64,000 bases of DNA from Perkinsus chesapeaki ATCC PRA-425 (Eukaryota; Protista; Perkinsozoa): the NCBI GenBank assembly GCA_013115145.1, contig JAAPAO010000108.1, forward strand, positions 11,493 to 75,492. The letters run 5' to 3'. Below the pieces are notes generated by a model. That model did no database searches. It was not told where the DNA came from and was given only the letters and a program-made list of their open reading frames with translations. Shown piece by piece: positions 23,993 to 36,856 of the stretch; position 1 is the first letter of the stretch; each line of letters starts with the position of its first letter. The position numbers and the translations under genes were made by a program.

Positions 23993-25352
23993 TAGTGGAA
24001 AAAAACCAAGTCAATAAATACAGAGCATTCTAGATGTTGCCTCTCGACTACATACAAGACATTCGCCTTGTTATTAACGGCTGGGAGGGAGAGAGGGAGA
24101 TAACAGGTAAGATTGGTCTAACATGTCAATATATATCAGTAGCATCACATTAGACAGGAAAATGCCGATAATACATGTATCAAAAAGTATACTATCAACT
24201 TTCAAATGATGACCGACAGAATGGAAACTCCAAAAGCAAGGCATGTAATGGTAATACGGGCATAATAATAGCATTTATCGTTGATATTGAATTGTATTGA
24301 AGCCAACTTGCCCATGCCGCCCCCTTGTGTTATACACTCGCACGCAACAAGAACTGGTGGCCTTCAAGTACTACTGGCTACAACAAGACTGGGAGATACC
24401 GACAGGCCAGTGCAAATGGAGCTGATAGGCAATCATGGTGAGCGACAGCACCGATAACATAGACTACCAACTCACACTGTTTGGAGATAGCTACTATACT
24501 ACACAAAGACCCTCGGGGCGACACCGCAGCAACGTACGTAGGCAGAAGCGGCGGAGCCTACTACCGAGGGACGACACATTCAACCTAATCCAGCTGTTAA
24601 ACGATGAATAACAGAATCTTTGTAACAATACCCTATATAAATGTTAATAGGGTAGAGTGTGTATCATCGCTAAGCAAAGACTTGGCCTACTTTACGTGTC
24701 GGGGCGTCAAAACGACGACGCTTTAATAGTGATGGAACTGTTCAACAGACACTGTAATCATCATCATGATAGAAATACAGTAGTACTGTGGACGTTTCAC
24801 AAGGAGACAAAACTTATGTAGGATAGAAGACAACAAAGGATTCTAATCAGAAGAGTGGCTTCCCACCGTACAATAACGGAATCAATAAAATGGGGGACTA
24901 GCAACAACACCATCTTTATCGAACCATCACTATATCATCCACAATACCTCAGTAATATACTACCTATACAGTAAAGGGAAGTAGTAGAAGTAGTAGTAGG
25001 GCAGTCGAATCCGAAATGTAACAGAATCCTATGTATAAAATTAAATGCTATAACACATTCTGGGGTACGTAGCGCTTAGCATGATGACTTAGGGTGAAGC
25101 TAATGTGCTAGATAAGGAGCCAGTTATGTGGGAATGCAATGTCCGAAAGAGCCGACAGAAGGAAGAAGAAGAACAACAACCAGCGATGCTTACTGCTCCG
25201 CTACAGAGCAGTAGACACCGTTACCTTCATTTATATGTTATTACTAATACCAGCATCACCAAAGCAAAAATAAATAATAACTAAGCTACAGTCTTTGTAG
25301 AGCACTAGATGAAAAATAACAGGTAGTGGTGGTGGTAGTAGTAGTTGATAGC

Positions 25353-26193
25353 CTAAGCTGGCGATGATGTAGTAGCCATAACACAGCGGACTTTCCTCTC
25401 TATTGCCGCTGAAGCCATCATTCGATCTCTTCTCAAGCAGGCAATCTCATGAGGATTCAATGGCCTCAATACAACACCATTCCTCAGCTTGTCGACTGGC
25501 CTATTTAAGTCGTAGAAGAGCGTCGGCGTCGATTGTGGAGCTCTGCGCGGTAGTACGGCAGTAGTTTGCGAAAGACGTTTAAGCGACTTCAAGTGTGACC
25601 TTCTGGCGGTCCTAAGACAGACCTTAGACGACAGACCAGTGACGCTGTTGATGGTATTCTTGTGTACACCGACCGCCTCATTGGGATCGAATTCAATGAC
25701 GTGAACGACTCCCTTAAAATTAACGCGTCGGGTTGTATTTTCGGCAATAGCCGTTAGTGACCCTAGTGACGGCGAAAGTGATGATGACCGTGGGCTAGGG
25801 AGAGACGCGTCCGTAGAAACACTTCTAATATCAACTTCTTGATCAACGGCCTCTAAAAACGGCAACATTATACCACTCCACCGTAACGCCTATTATACTA
25901 CCTTTAAGACATGATTGTGGTGGTAGCCTTCTAGTAGATGAAGGCAGGACATGCATCCTATTTATTGTACATGCACCGGAAGATGCACGTGATATAATAT
26001 CTTGACAGTTCCGACCCCTCACAACGGTCGAGGGGGTTCTCGCAGGCATTGGCGGCAGGTAAAATGGAGAGGCCGCATCGGGCACCTCTGCAACAGCAAG
26101 AGCAGCTTTGGTTTGAGGCCGGGGTTTTCGTAGACCCAGGAGCTGTACAATGGCGGTGAAGCAGTTCGCCTGGTGGTTGCCGAGCTCCAGCAT
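25353..26193 (-). CDS. RVxF-cluster gene G (spliced)
   Basis: ...CLK g|gtagt...ttttag|ag gives an in-frame join to EAVDQEVDIRS...ENTTRRVNFKGVVHVIEFDPNE. Confidence 0.65.
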
Positions 26194-27801
26194 GAGGCAC
26201 CGATAAAAATTCAGAACTGAAACAGAAGACAAACAGAAAGATGCAAATGATAGGCCTTCACGGGAACTAGCGAGTTCGCTGAATTCCTAACTCTTAATAG
26301 AATAATCTAGAATTTTCTAAATAGAAATTTTCCAAATTCTTCGGAGCGGCGGGAAAATTGTCGTCACCGATATATGTGGGCGACGGCTGTGCATTCCCAT
26401 ACATTGAATGCAACCTTCCATAACACAGGTCTATCACAATTGCTATAATACTGAGGAGAAGTAGAAATTACAGTGAATGGTGCGCGAGACCAAATTTTGT
26501 GTCTAGATTAAGAAGCGTTTTTAATACGGGTTTTAGAAGCCCACTGTGATGTTATCTACTGATGATGCTGATCTACAGTCATTAAAGCCCTATACGAAAA
26601 GTTACGGAGATAAAATGAAATCTCCAACGCTGCATTCAATAGATTGGTCAGCCGACGGATCCTATTAAAGCCACTGAGGAGGCACTCCTAAGGTACAATG
26701 GTACAAAGTGGCTGTACAGTAGTTAACCGGACTACAACTGCTAACAGTGAATACAGTAATAGGAACTATTACATGTGCTGCTATGACTTACGTACCGATG
26801 GAACAAACACGCGCCCAAAAACAGTCACCGCCACTTTTCCCGCGCGCCCCAGAGTTTTATCGGCGCACGCGTACAATGTGACGTGGGAGGGGGGGGGTAC
26901 AGCCTGCCGTCACGAGGTTGGAAAGATAATGGTGGCTACTTCAATATTAAACATGTACATCATCGACTTGACGAATTTAACGCAAGGATTAGCAAGGGTC
27001 CATTCATCACACTCATTTTCAAACAGTTTTTAGTTCAAGTACAGTAGTACATCGGCAACAGCTCAGGTATGCTCATAACATCGCAATGTTTTATTTGTCT
27101 ATTATCGAACTTTAACCTGTTTAAGTGTAATTGTGCATGATTTGGGAGGCACAACTGTGATGCGGCTACATAGTACGGTGAAAGCATTGCCCTTGATCGA
27201 AGCCAAGTGGGCAGTGTTGTGACTGCAGTGCCGTGGGGTGATAGGGCGGCAACCTGCTCAGTTAATTAATTGTCTGAGGGCATGAATCTGTTATTTCAAT
27301 CAAGGTTATTTAACCCTCCAACGAGAATCGGCTCGTCCTAGATAAAAACCATTTGAGTAGTAAATGGCCATTGACTGTAGATGGTCCCTTGGATGCTTTT
27401 GATAGCTACAAATAGAGCTAATGCGAGAAGGATATTGTTTACAAGGTGTTGATGAGGCAAATCACGATTATACGGTCAACTATATAGTGATACTAGGAGG
27501 CTCTATACCTCTTTACCGAGGCTGAGATGTTACCTTGGCCAATCAACTCAAAAAAAGAAAATCACTCCCGGGATTTGGACTTGCAACTTTTGACGTCCCT
27601 TTTCCAATTTTCGCCACTCGAAAAATACGTTCTGAGCAAAAGATGACTTATTATGATTGTTTTCCCTATTAAATCTTGAGCCGTTGAAGGGCTAAGTCTT
27701 ATATATCACCTCATTGGGGCATCTCCTCTCTTGGAGGGATGCACTCCAGATCTCCCGTATAGTAGGTATTATTATTGTCAGTGCTGGTCACTTTAATAAC
27801 A

Positions 27802-30800
27802 ATGCCAGCCACGTCTCCAGGTATGAGGTCAGAGCCCACACCTCATATTTATACAGGTAATATGACCGGGGTAGGTTACAGCGACCTTTCTACGAATCTT
27901 TCGTAAGCAAGTCGTTCTTTTACGCGCCGACCCAGAAAGCCGCTTTACGTCGGTTTTTTTCTGCCATTGTAAAATCTCAATGGGAAATCATTAGAGCTCT
28001 CCATGTTCACTATATGAATTTCTATCGCACACAGGTCTTGGTAGACAATCGCTGTCACCGGACAGTACAATATCAGAAGGCAGGCTGCTTACTAAGGTAG
28101 ACTTGAAGGCGTGTTCCAGATAGAATGGTTATAGGGCAACGTAATGGACTCGGATGCGTCACTAGAGGTTGACGGGCCACCGTTGTTGATCCCCGATCTT
28201 AATAACGGTCCAGCGGCGCCCTCTGGATCTGCCGCTGACGCCTCCTCCCGGTTACCAGCTATACCAGAGCCGGTTCCGGAGGATATATTGAAGCCTATTG
28301 GGGAGATAGATGAGAGGAGAGAGAAGTTGATGCAGTGGGAGCGAGTTAAACTGCACAAGTAGTATGGGAAGGGGGAAGACAGCTAAATTATGTAGCGATA
28401 TACGTTGAATGTTGTATTGAGAAAGTGCCCTAGCAAAAACTCAACTATGTAGACATATACGGGCGGCATCATTGCCCGGTTTAAATGCGCCTCGGCTGTG
28501 TGGCGACTGCATCTGAGCCGGGGGCGGTCTTGATGAGCTGTAAACGTATATAGATGTTTCATCTCCCAAGTGTAGGAGGTAAGTCTGCCATAACTGTATT
28601 ACCCATAGACTTAGTAAGTATTAAGTAAGCACCGTGGTATCATTCTTGGTTGGATTCACTGGTTGCTTGTTGTCCATGTATAATATTATTGTCAGGCGAA
28701 CTATGGTGTTCTCTGTACCACGTTTTGAGAAAGCCTACCTACTTTCATTAGAGCCCAAGCTTCGTCGAAGCCTATGGGTGCCAGCAGTGGCTTTTATTGC
28801 GTAATAATCATAAAGAAAGTATAAATGATTATATTAATAACCCTTATTAGGTTTGCTCTTGTATGTCTACTGTATCCAGCTATATGGATTGATAAGTGGG
28901 ACACGTCCGCCAATATACTTTTTAACCTATGCTGGATTGTCATAATTGCCTTGAGTACTACTAGAATCGCCGGACTCGGATGTCATCCGGGTTCAGGTCT
29001 ATTCGTACTTTTGACGTTTCATTTCTCAATACCGCCAAGTCGATTCTTGGAGCTCTATATTCAGCTTTGGGCAGGCTTCACCATGACTGCTGCCACACTA
29101 CTTGGTACACCTTATAGAGTTGCCACCTTAACAGGCAAGCAGGGGGAGGGTCATGCAGCAGCGTGGAAGGGAAAGTGTTACTGGTTACCTAGAGATATAA
29201 TGGAAAGGTTTATAGAAATATCTTACCAGTGCGTAAGCAAAAGCACAAGCCTAATGGCTCATTGAATAAATATCAAATGTGTTGTTTCTGGTAGCCTTGA
29301 TGTCCCTCTTTGGCGCCCTTAGCCTTGTGAAGTTGTATAATCTTTTTGTGGGTCGGCCGTCACCGTTGCCCGTATGTTACCCCATGAATTCAGTTAGGAA
29401 ATGTTATCGTTCCGGTAGGACGTGCTTTTCGAAAATTCGGGATTGCTATGGTGACTACTGCGCGATTGTATTTGTGGTTGTTACTTCAGTGAGAATCTCC
29501 TCGAAGGCCAGGTGGCCATAACTGACATTAATGCTTTCCACATAGGTACAGACTATAGCGTTGCTTTTCCCGGTGCCAACCTTGGTGTTGCTGATATATC
29601 CGTCTTCCTTGACCTTATCACCATGTAAAAGCTACTACCCGACTTAGGGCTTTCCATTTCATCTTTATTCTTGTTAGAATGTATTTCTCTGTATACACTC
29701 CTCTGAGGATCCGCAGGCTATTTCCAGTGGCGGTTATCGTTAATTGTCTGTATATTGGTATATCAATAGGGATGGGGGTCCCCTCGTATGGCCCTGACTC
29801 GGACGTTATTGAGTCACCGTCGACAGATCGCTGGTTTGCAGTGTAATATTGGCGCATATGGCTGTCTGCTGCTGTTGCTGCTGTCATGATGGTTCAGGTC
29901 CCTATCCTTGGTGCTTGTTGTGAGCTCTATTCTTTGTCTTACCGGCAAATACCGTCTAGAGCTATTTCAAAGGACCAACTTCTTACGGTTGGAGGTCTCG
30001 CAACGCCGAATTGATGTAGCGTGTCCGGTGAAGTAGAAGTAGTAGGCTAGTTGTTTGGTCAGGTTTTGGAGAGGACTATAGTGGCATTCGATAGCTCTAA
30101 TGATAAGGCAACGAGGGTGACGCAGATGCAGTTAACGCATAAGGTGTGTAATCGGCCTGCGGGGGCGACATTCTTTTCCTACCTCAGAGGCTGCTGCTGA
30201 TGGAAAAGTTAATATTTCGGGCACGGTCCACTGGGCTCAGCGGTTTGAACGTCCACAATGGTCAGCTGGCCTGTGATCTGGATCATGCTCTCTCTTTGGT
30301 AACAGTGAACTCAGCCGGCTTCGCCGAATTTTGCTGGGTAGGTGCGGAAATCGGAGAAGTCTCTCTTCGTGTTGGATTTCCAAAAGGAAGTCCTCATGGA
30401 GGGAATGTCGTCACATCAGCAGCAAGAGCAGCAACGAAGGGTTAGTCAGCTCGCGCACTCCCCTCGCCTATCCATTTTCAGATGGCATCTGGTGAAACGC
30501 CAAAGTCGGGAGCTGAATCGGGCAGCCGTGGTGGCGGTGGCCATGCCCCAACGGCATCGCTACTGTACTGCTCGGCGCTGTACACGCCAATGTCGAGTGT
30601 GGCGGCTCCTGGATCGAGAATAGGCCCATCACGGTAAGGCTGCAATAATGCCTCATCAAAGGTCATAGTAGGAGCTCGCTTAGAAAATACGATTGGCTAT
30701 TTCAGTTATAAGTCGATCTCTTAATGGTATTCAGATACGACACAGTAGGCGGCGGCACCCCATCAGTGACCGATCTTCCTGCCGAACTTCGACAAGGAGC

Positions 30801-33752
30801 GGAGTGCTTCGTTGAAAACTCTGCCAAATTGCTGGAACGTGTGGGCCGCGACTTCACGCTGGATGTTGAGGGGCTATGGGGTGACCATGTGGTAAGTGGT
30901 GTGTTTGCCTTGTCCATGGTGACGGAGCAGCCTTAAAGCTTCTATATTGTCTTTATTAAACATGTGCAAATCGTGAAAATCAGTTACGGTTAGGGTACGA
31001 TTCGCGGCATGGCTCTGAACCGTAGCCTACGATCTCTATGTAGATCACTTGCGGTGTAAAGTGTTGAACTTAACCTTTTTATTTATGTAGGAGGAAAACC
31101 GTAGCAAACCCAGTTCTGTTGCTGCACTGTACTCGGCCGTCGCTCGAGCCTGTCTGCCAGATGATCAAGCTAATCGTATTCTTAGCATTGGTGAGTACAT
31201 AAGTTGGAGACTTCCTTAGTGCTCCTGGTTTAGGTTCAGAAGCATCTGATGGCTCACAGTGCTGTCCTGTCTACGAACGATTCCTTGCGGAGGTCTGCAG
31301 CCGGTACCTGCCATCTGTACCTTATCACAACGCATTGCACGCGGCACAAGTAGCTCATCATTGGTAACTACTCAGGAGCGAAGTCGTTCCTTGATTCCCG
31401 CGTGCCCTCAGCGCAACGTGCATAAACTCCTTGGGAGTGCGTTCGGCACTTTCTGACCTCGATTGGGCATCCCTTATCATTGCCTGTCTCTGCCACGATG
31501 TGGGGCACTTTGGTCGAACAAACGGCTTTCTCGTTAAAACAAGGCATCCTTTGGCGCTCCGGTAAACCCGTGTGTTATACACCCTGAGTTTCATTACTGT
31601 ATAATAGGTATAACGACAGATCAGTGATGGAGAACTACCATGCAGCAACGACATTTGCTTTGCTAAAGGAAAGCGAGGATTGGGATATATCTCGAGGCCT
31701 GTCAAGGTGTCACCTCTTCTCCTTGCATCAGTTTTCCGCTAATTATTTATAGTCACTAGAGTCTACTGGCTACACTAGTTCCAAGTCTGGATAGTGTTAG
31801 TGTCACGTGTTTAGTACAATTTGTACTTTGTACGTTGTATAAAATAACTACCTCGAGAGCCCGATTTGGTTGATATATAATCTTTCCTAGGCCCACCAGA
31901 GGCGATGAAGCTGTTGTACAGAGCACTCACCGACACTTTTGTCAGGTCGGAGCTGAAACGGTTTCGCAGTCAAATAGTGACTTTGATATTGAGCACAGAC
32001 ATTGGCACACAACGGAAGCTATTGGACAAGATAGAAGTATCATACACTGCCATATATTCCCATCATTCTCCTATTGCCAGGAGCGAGTGCAAGCTGGGGC
32101 ACCCTTCAGTATAGCACAGTTCCCTGAAGACTCCCGTATAATACGGGAGCTCTGTATCTGTATGGCCGACTCAGGACATGTCTGCCTTGCTTGGGACATG
32201 CACTATAAATGGGCCATACGACTGTGTAGGTGCCCATATCATTGCAATCGAATCATCTGCAATTTCTCAGCCTCTGAGTTTGCAGCAGAATCGCTAGAAT
32301 TGGCAAGGTCCAATCGAGGGCCGCCACCATCGTCACCGACATTCCAGGCAAGCTCCCCGAGCTCACCTCCTGCCGGCGATCAACTTAACTTTATCAATCG
32401 TTGTACGTATTGTTATTCCATAATCCCTTACGGAGTGCTTCAGGTCCCTTAGCGTTGCTTCAAGCGATTGGAAGGCTTGTGGATATAGATACCACTGAGT
32501 TTGCTAAGAATGCAAGGGAATGGATGGTGAAAGTCGAGTATGCTATTGATGATAACCTAACACGGTGGAGCATGCTAGAAGAAGAGGAACAAAAGAAGGC
32601 ACCACCGCCGAAACGGTAAGGACTTTGGTCGTCAGAGTGATGATGAGGTCTTCGTTTAGGGAGCCGCGTACGGTGGTGGTGGAGTCGGGCGATGGCCGGT
32701 CGCCGAGAGGGAAGAGGAGCTCATCTGCAGACGAATCACCTTCGTAATAATTTCCTTAAAAATAGTGGCCCGTAAAACTAAAAGATTTCGGCAATAATGC
32801 CGCCTATCATATTCGCTCTGAAATACTTTGTGTTTCAGGAATGATGATGATGACGAGGATGATGATAGAAGGCCTATGGTTAGCTACCGAGAGCTTTACG
32901 GGGATAAGAGTAAATCACAGAGGTAAGTTAGGTACAATAGGCAGCATTCCGACTGAGCCTCTCAGCGATGAGGAGGAGGATGGTATCCCAATGGTGAGCT
33001 ACAGAGAAGCATATGGCGGCGGATCGCAGAACAAAAGGTATTCGATGTCTCTGTGCTACACTTGCCATTTCTACACCCCTCAGTACTGAGATGGGAAAAT
33101 CTATTGATAGCGATGAGGAGCCTCCTATGTTGAGCTACTCCGCTCTATATAATGCTGATGGCAGCAGTCACACGCAGGCAGCATCTAGCAGGCAACATAC
33201 ACGCTCTCTTTCCAGTAGTGTAGTGCCATACCAATAGGCCTGTTACCGCCTCTGGCTTCACCTCCAGCGACGAACCTCCGCTTCTGAGCTATTCCGCACT
33301 CTATGGTGCCGATGGTAGAAGCATTGAAGGTGGACAGAACCCAAGGTAGGCAAGGCTCAACGAAGTTAATATCTTGGATATTGTGGAAATGGCAGGAGCA
33401 GGTCGCAACTAGATGATAGCCATGATGACGATGAGCCCCCATTGATGAGCTATACTGAACTTTATGATCACCAACGGTAAGAGCTCTGCTGGTTGCTGTC
33501 GGTATTGTTGTTACGGATAGAGGAACAAGCGATGACAGTGGGGATGTCCCCATGTTGAGCTATGGTGATCTGTACACTAAGTCGGGCGCGACAATAATTC
33601 AATCCAAGTAGACCGCGGGGTTAAGTATGAAATAATTTCATTTGATCTCACTTATCAGGGATAGCGATGATGCTTCTGAGCCGCCAATGATTAGCTATAG
33701 TGACCTTTACGGCAAGAAGAAATCAAAGGAAAGCGGTGGCTCTAAGGACTAG
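27802..33752 (+). CDS. PDE: Class I cyclic-nucleotide phosphodiesterase with N-terminal transmembrane region and repetitive acidic tail
   Basis: YHNALHAAQVAH, LACLCHDVGHFGRTNGF, YNDRSVMENYHAATTF, LILSTDI, ICMADSGH, DQLNFIN; several TM segments at 28.6-29.9 kb, as in apicomplexan PDEs. Start and tail junctions inferred. Confidence 0.88.
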
Positions 33753-33779
33753 CTTATTCGAAGTTTAAGCCTGTCTCAG

Positions 33780-34830
33780 GCGAGGCGACGACTATTATGT
33801 TCCTCTATATCACGTCATTGATAATTGTATCTATTCAGCTACCATTATATACAATTGCTTCATCATCAGAGTTTCATAGGGAGTTTCACCACTCAAGAAG
33901 AGATCGAGTTTGTAGTCTTAGCACAAGGAACTTCCCTGAGAGAAGGTACCGAGCAGCAGCCACGCTCGGAACTTATATAGAGCGCGACACGACCATACCG
34001 TATATCTGAATAGTAATTGGTGGAAAGGGCATGCGAGGTCATTGGCAAAGAGAGCTACGTATGGGAACAATTGACTTAAAGCGGCACAGTTGTCTCGCAT
34101 CCTAACTCCGGAAATGATTTCCATCATTTAATGATTTCCGTGTGTGGGCCACGGCAAGGCGCACTCAATACTACAGTCGCACGACTTGCGCGCCACAAGT
34201 ACCAGTCTGGCTGGTCCAATCTCTGAAAGACTACTCAAGCAGTATTCGTGATCAACATCAATCTAGTTAGAAATCAAACCCTCAGGGTGGTTTCTATCCT
34301 CCGGAACTGGCCGCCAGATGCTGGCTCGAAGCCTTCGAGTCGAAGGGAAGTCCTGGCACCGTGTCAATGACACGATAAAAGACTCGGGTACCCTGAGTCG
34401 GGCTTAGATGCCTGCACTATCTCGTAACTTAGGGACAACGTAGTCGTAGCACAACAACTATAGATTGGGCTCATAGTTAACGATATAGGGCAGTTGAGAG
34501 TCACTCACTGTGAGCGAGTAATACTCGCCGAGTATTACCACACAACTCGTGTGACACAAGCTGCGACCATTTCTCCTTCGTGTATGACCTCAACATAATC
34601 TTCTTCCGTCAGAACTCACTTCGCACCATCCACGTGTCACCGAGAGAATCACAAGTTATGAATCATAACTTATGATGGAGCAGCCGCAGCTCAGCTGCTG
34701 AGCCTCAGCAGCCTGACACGGTCCGTCCGGACGGCTGTGGCGCTCGCCCTGATAATCGATTACATGCGCAAAGTGGGCGAGCGAGAGTCTGTAGATGCCT
34801 CCTACTGTTGCGATCGAGGATTGAAGTTAT
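33780..34830 (-). CDS. Possible spliced hypothetical gene
   Basis: Short ORFs (33918..34127, 34705..34896) with GT/AG boundaries; no recognisable domain. Confidence 0.25.
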
Positions 34831-34913
34831 TGCTTTCAGTTGAGTTATTAATTGTTGAAAGTACTCAGCCAGTCTTGCGCCTTTGATACGCATCAAATTT
34901 GGGTTAATATATA

Positions 34914-36127
34914 ATGAACCAAGAAAATAGCGCTAAGAATTGCACAAGCAGCAGTAGCAGCCCCAGAAGTGATACCAGCGTTGAAGGCACAGAGCCTAGT
35001 GTAGTGAGATTGGAGACTGCTGACATCATTAATCAAGAAGAGCCTTCCGACTCTGATGGGAAAAGCAGTTCTGATAAAAATGTGGTCGATAATGCTACCG
35101 ATGGTGATAGTAACAAAAAGGAGGAGACTGAACTAATTCAAGATGAGAACTCACCGGGCGCCGACCCGATAGGCTGGGGTAAGTTACACTAGAATACTCG
35201 CTTTCTTATTTATTTGTTTTAGCAATCGACAAGTTACTCAGCCGTATTGTTAAAGAGAACAGTCTAGAGCAGCTAGTAGGCTTGCTCTCTGAGATGACCA
35301 AAAGAGCGCTCATATTGCAAAATCAACTTGATATAAGTAATTTACGTAATAATGAATTGATTAAGGAGATTGACGAGCTTAAGAACGCCTTGCAAGAAGA
35401 ACGGCAACAAGTAGCGGCACCTGAGCCCCCTACCCCGCCGCCACTGATTGCACCAACAACGAGCACAACCCCAGTGATGGGGCCATCAGCCTATGATGGG
35501 ATAGCAGAGCACCAGGTAGATGATACCTCCATGCTGCAGCAGCAGGCATCTCCCGGAAGGGTTACTGGTGCTACCCAACTTAATGAATTATATGAGATGC
35601 ACCATATCGACCGAGATGTGCGCAGCATGTTGAGTGGTTCACGTAAAATCAAAAGACCTGATCAGCGACAGATGGTAATTGACCTGTTTCTTGATAGAGT
35701 TGGCCATGAAAGAGGCAAGGACGTCTTGGCTGCCCTGAAGGTAATAACTATTCCTTATTAGGCACCTCAGCTTCCTTTTTAGGGTGCTTCCGATGTCAAT
35801 TCTGGGGACTTGAAAACAACGCCTGACAGCAGGAGCCGGCGAAATGGGAGTCGTCGATCATCGTCTGATCAGCACCCTCTACAGGCTCGACCGGGGCCAG
35901 AGAATCGGAGCTGGTTATTTGCCCAATGTATACGTGAAGTTGAAGCAAAGATACCCTTACCAGCAACTCACCGCCATCCTCGCGGTGGCAGTGGCTCGCG
36001 GAATGATTATTACTATGAGAGGGCCAAGTGGGGCTATCCTGGAGGGAGCTCATCTTCTGGTAGAAATCACGAAGCAGTTCGGGCTGGTGGAGGCTGGAAT
36101 GGCCGGCGTGACGCTACTGGATGGTGA
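34914..36127 (+). CDS. Hypothetical protein with coiled-coil and Pro-rich segments (3 exons)
   Basis: ORFs 34914..35192, 35282..35761 and 35810..36127 linked by gtaag/gtaat...tag introns; heptad stretch LQNQLDISNLRNNELIKEIDELKNALQEE. Confidence 0.65.
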
Positions 36128-36856
36128 CTAATAATAAGTTGAGCCTGCTCGATACTATTATCTTCTCCAGTTCGCTGCCGGAGGGTTAAACCAATCGATA
36201 CTGGTGCTGATGCTGCTCCAGCCTCCTATTATATCATATACGTTGTTGTCATTAATGTTGTTGCATGATGAATCTTGCTTACGCATAATAAAAGTTAGAT
36301 TCTGTACATTAATGTAGCTTTGATGACTCTGCTAATACATATTTCTTACCACTACTTATGGTAGTGAAGACATTGTATAGAGAGTTGCCTAGTTCCTTAT
36401 TATCATCTCCCATATAAAGCTCAATCCTTTTTCAACACCGTCATCAGTGCTCTTCCTTCTGCTGCTGCTGGTCAGCATCATGAACCCCAATAGCTTGCAC
36501 TAGCTTTACCAAATCTCTTAATACAGCTGAGCCATCTAAAGTCGACAAGGGCTCTGTCATACTGCGTTTGGTGGTATTTTCATTGTTCCATATTTCTGGT
36601 AATGTTTATTTATAACGATAAGCCAGCAGTCGTCGATACGATGGCTATGTTGTTGCTGCTGATACCGTTGGAAGACGCTTGAGGAGTTAACGAGTTTAAA
36701 TCACGATGATTCTGCTGCTGTAGAGTGGTGAAGGCTGCTGTTCTTGAGACTGGGTGTATTAAAATGGCGAAGGCGTAATCTTTGATGGTCTTTAATAGCT
36801 AGGTCTTGTGTTAGTATTGTCTAATACCGCCGACTAATAAGGCTAGTTTTGTAGAA

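Noticed and set aside
31018-31035. ACCGTAGCC, matching the start of the Perkinsus/dinoflagellate spliced leader
   Set aside because: Only 9 nt match, the TGGCTCAAG half is missing, and it lies within the PDE gene in a probable intron.
32270-32310. PDE pseudo-enzyme idea (EFAAE in place of EFFxQ)
   Set aside because: The metal-binding H, HD and D residues and the substrate-binding Gln (DQLNF) are intact.
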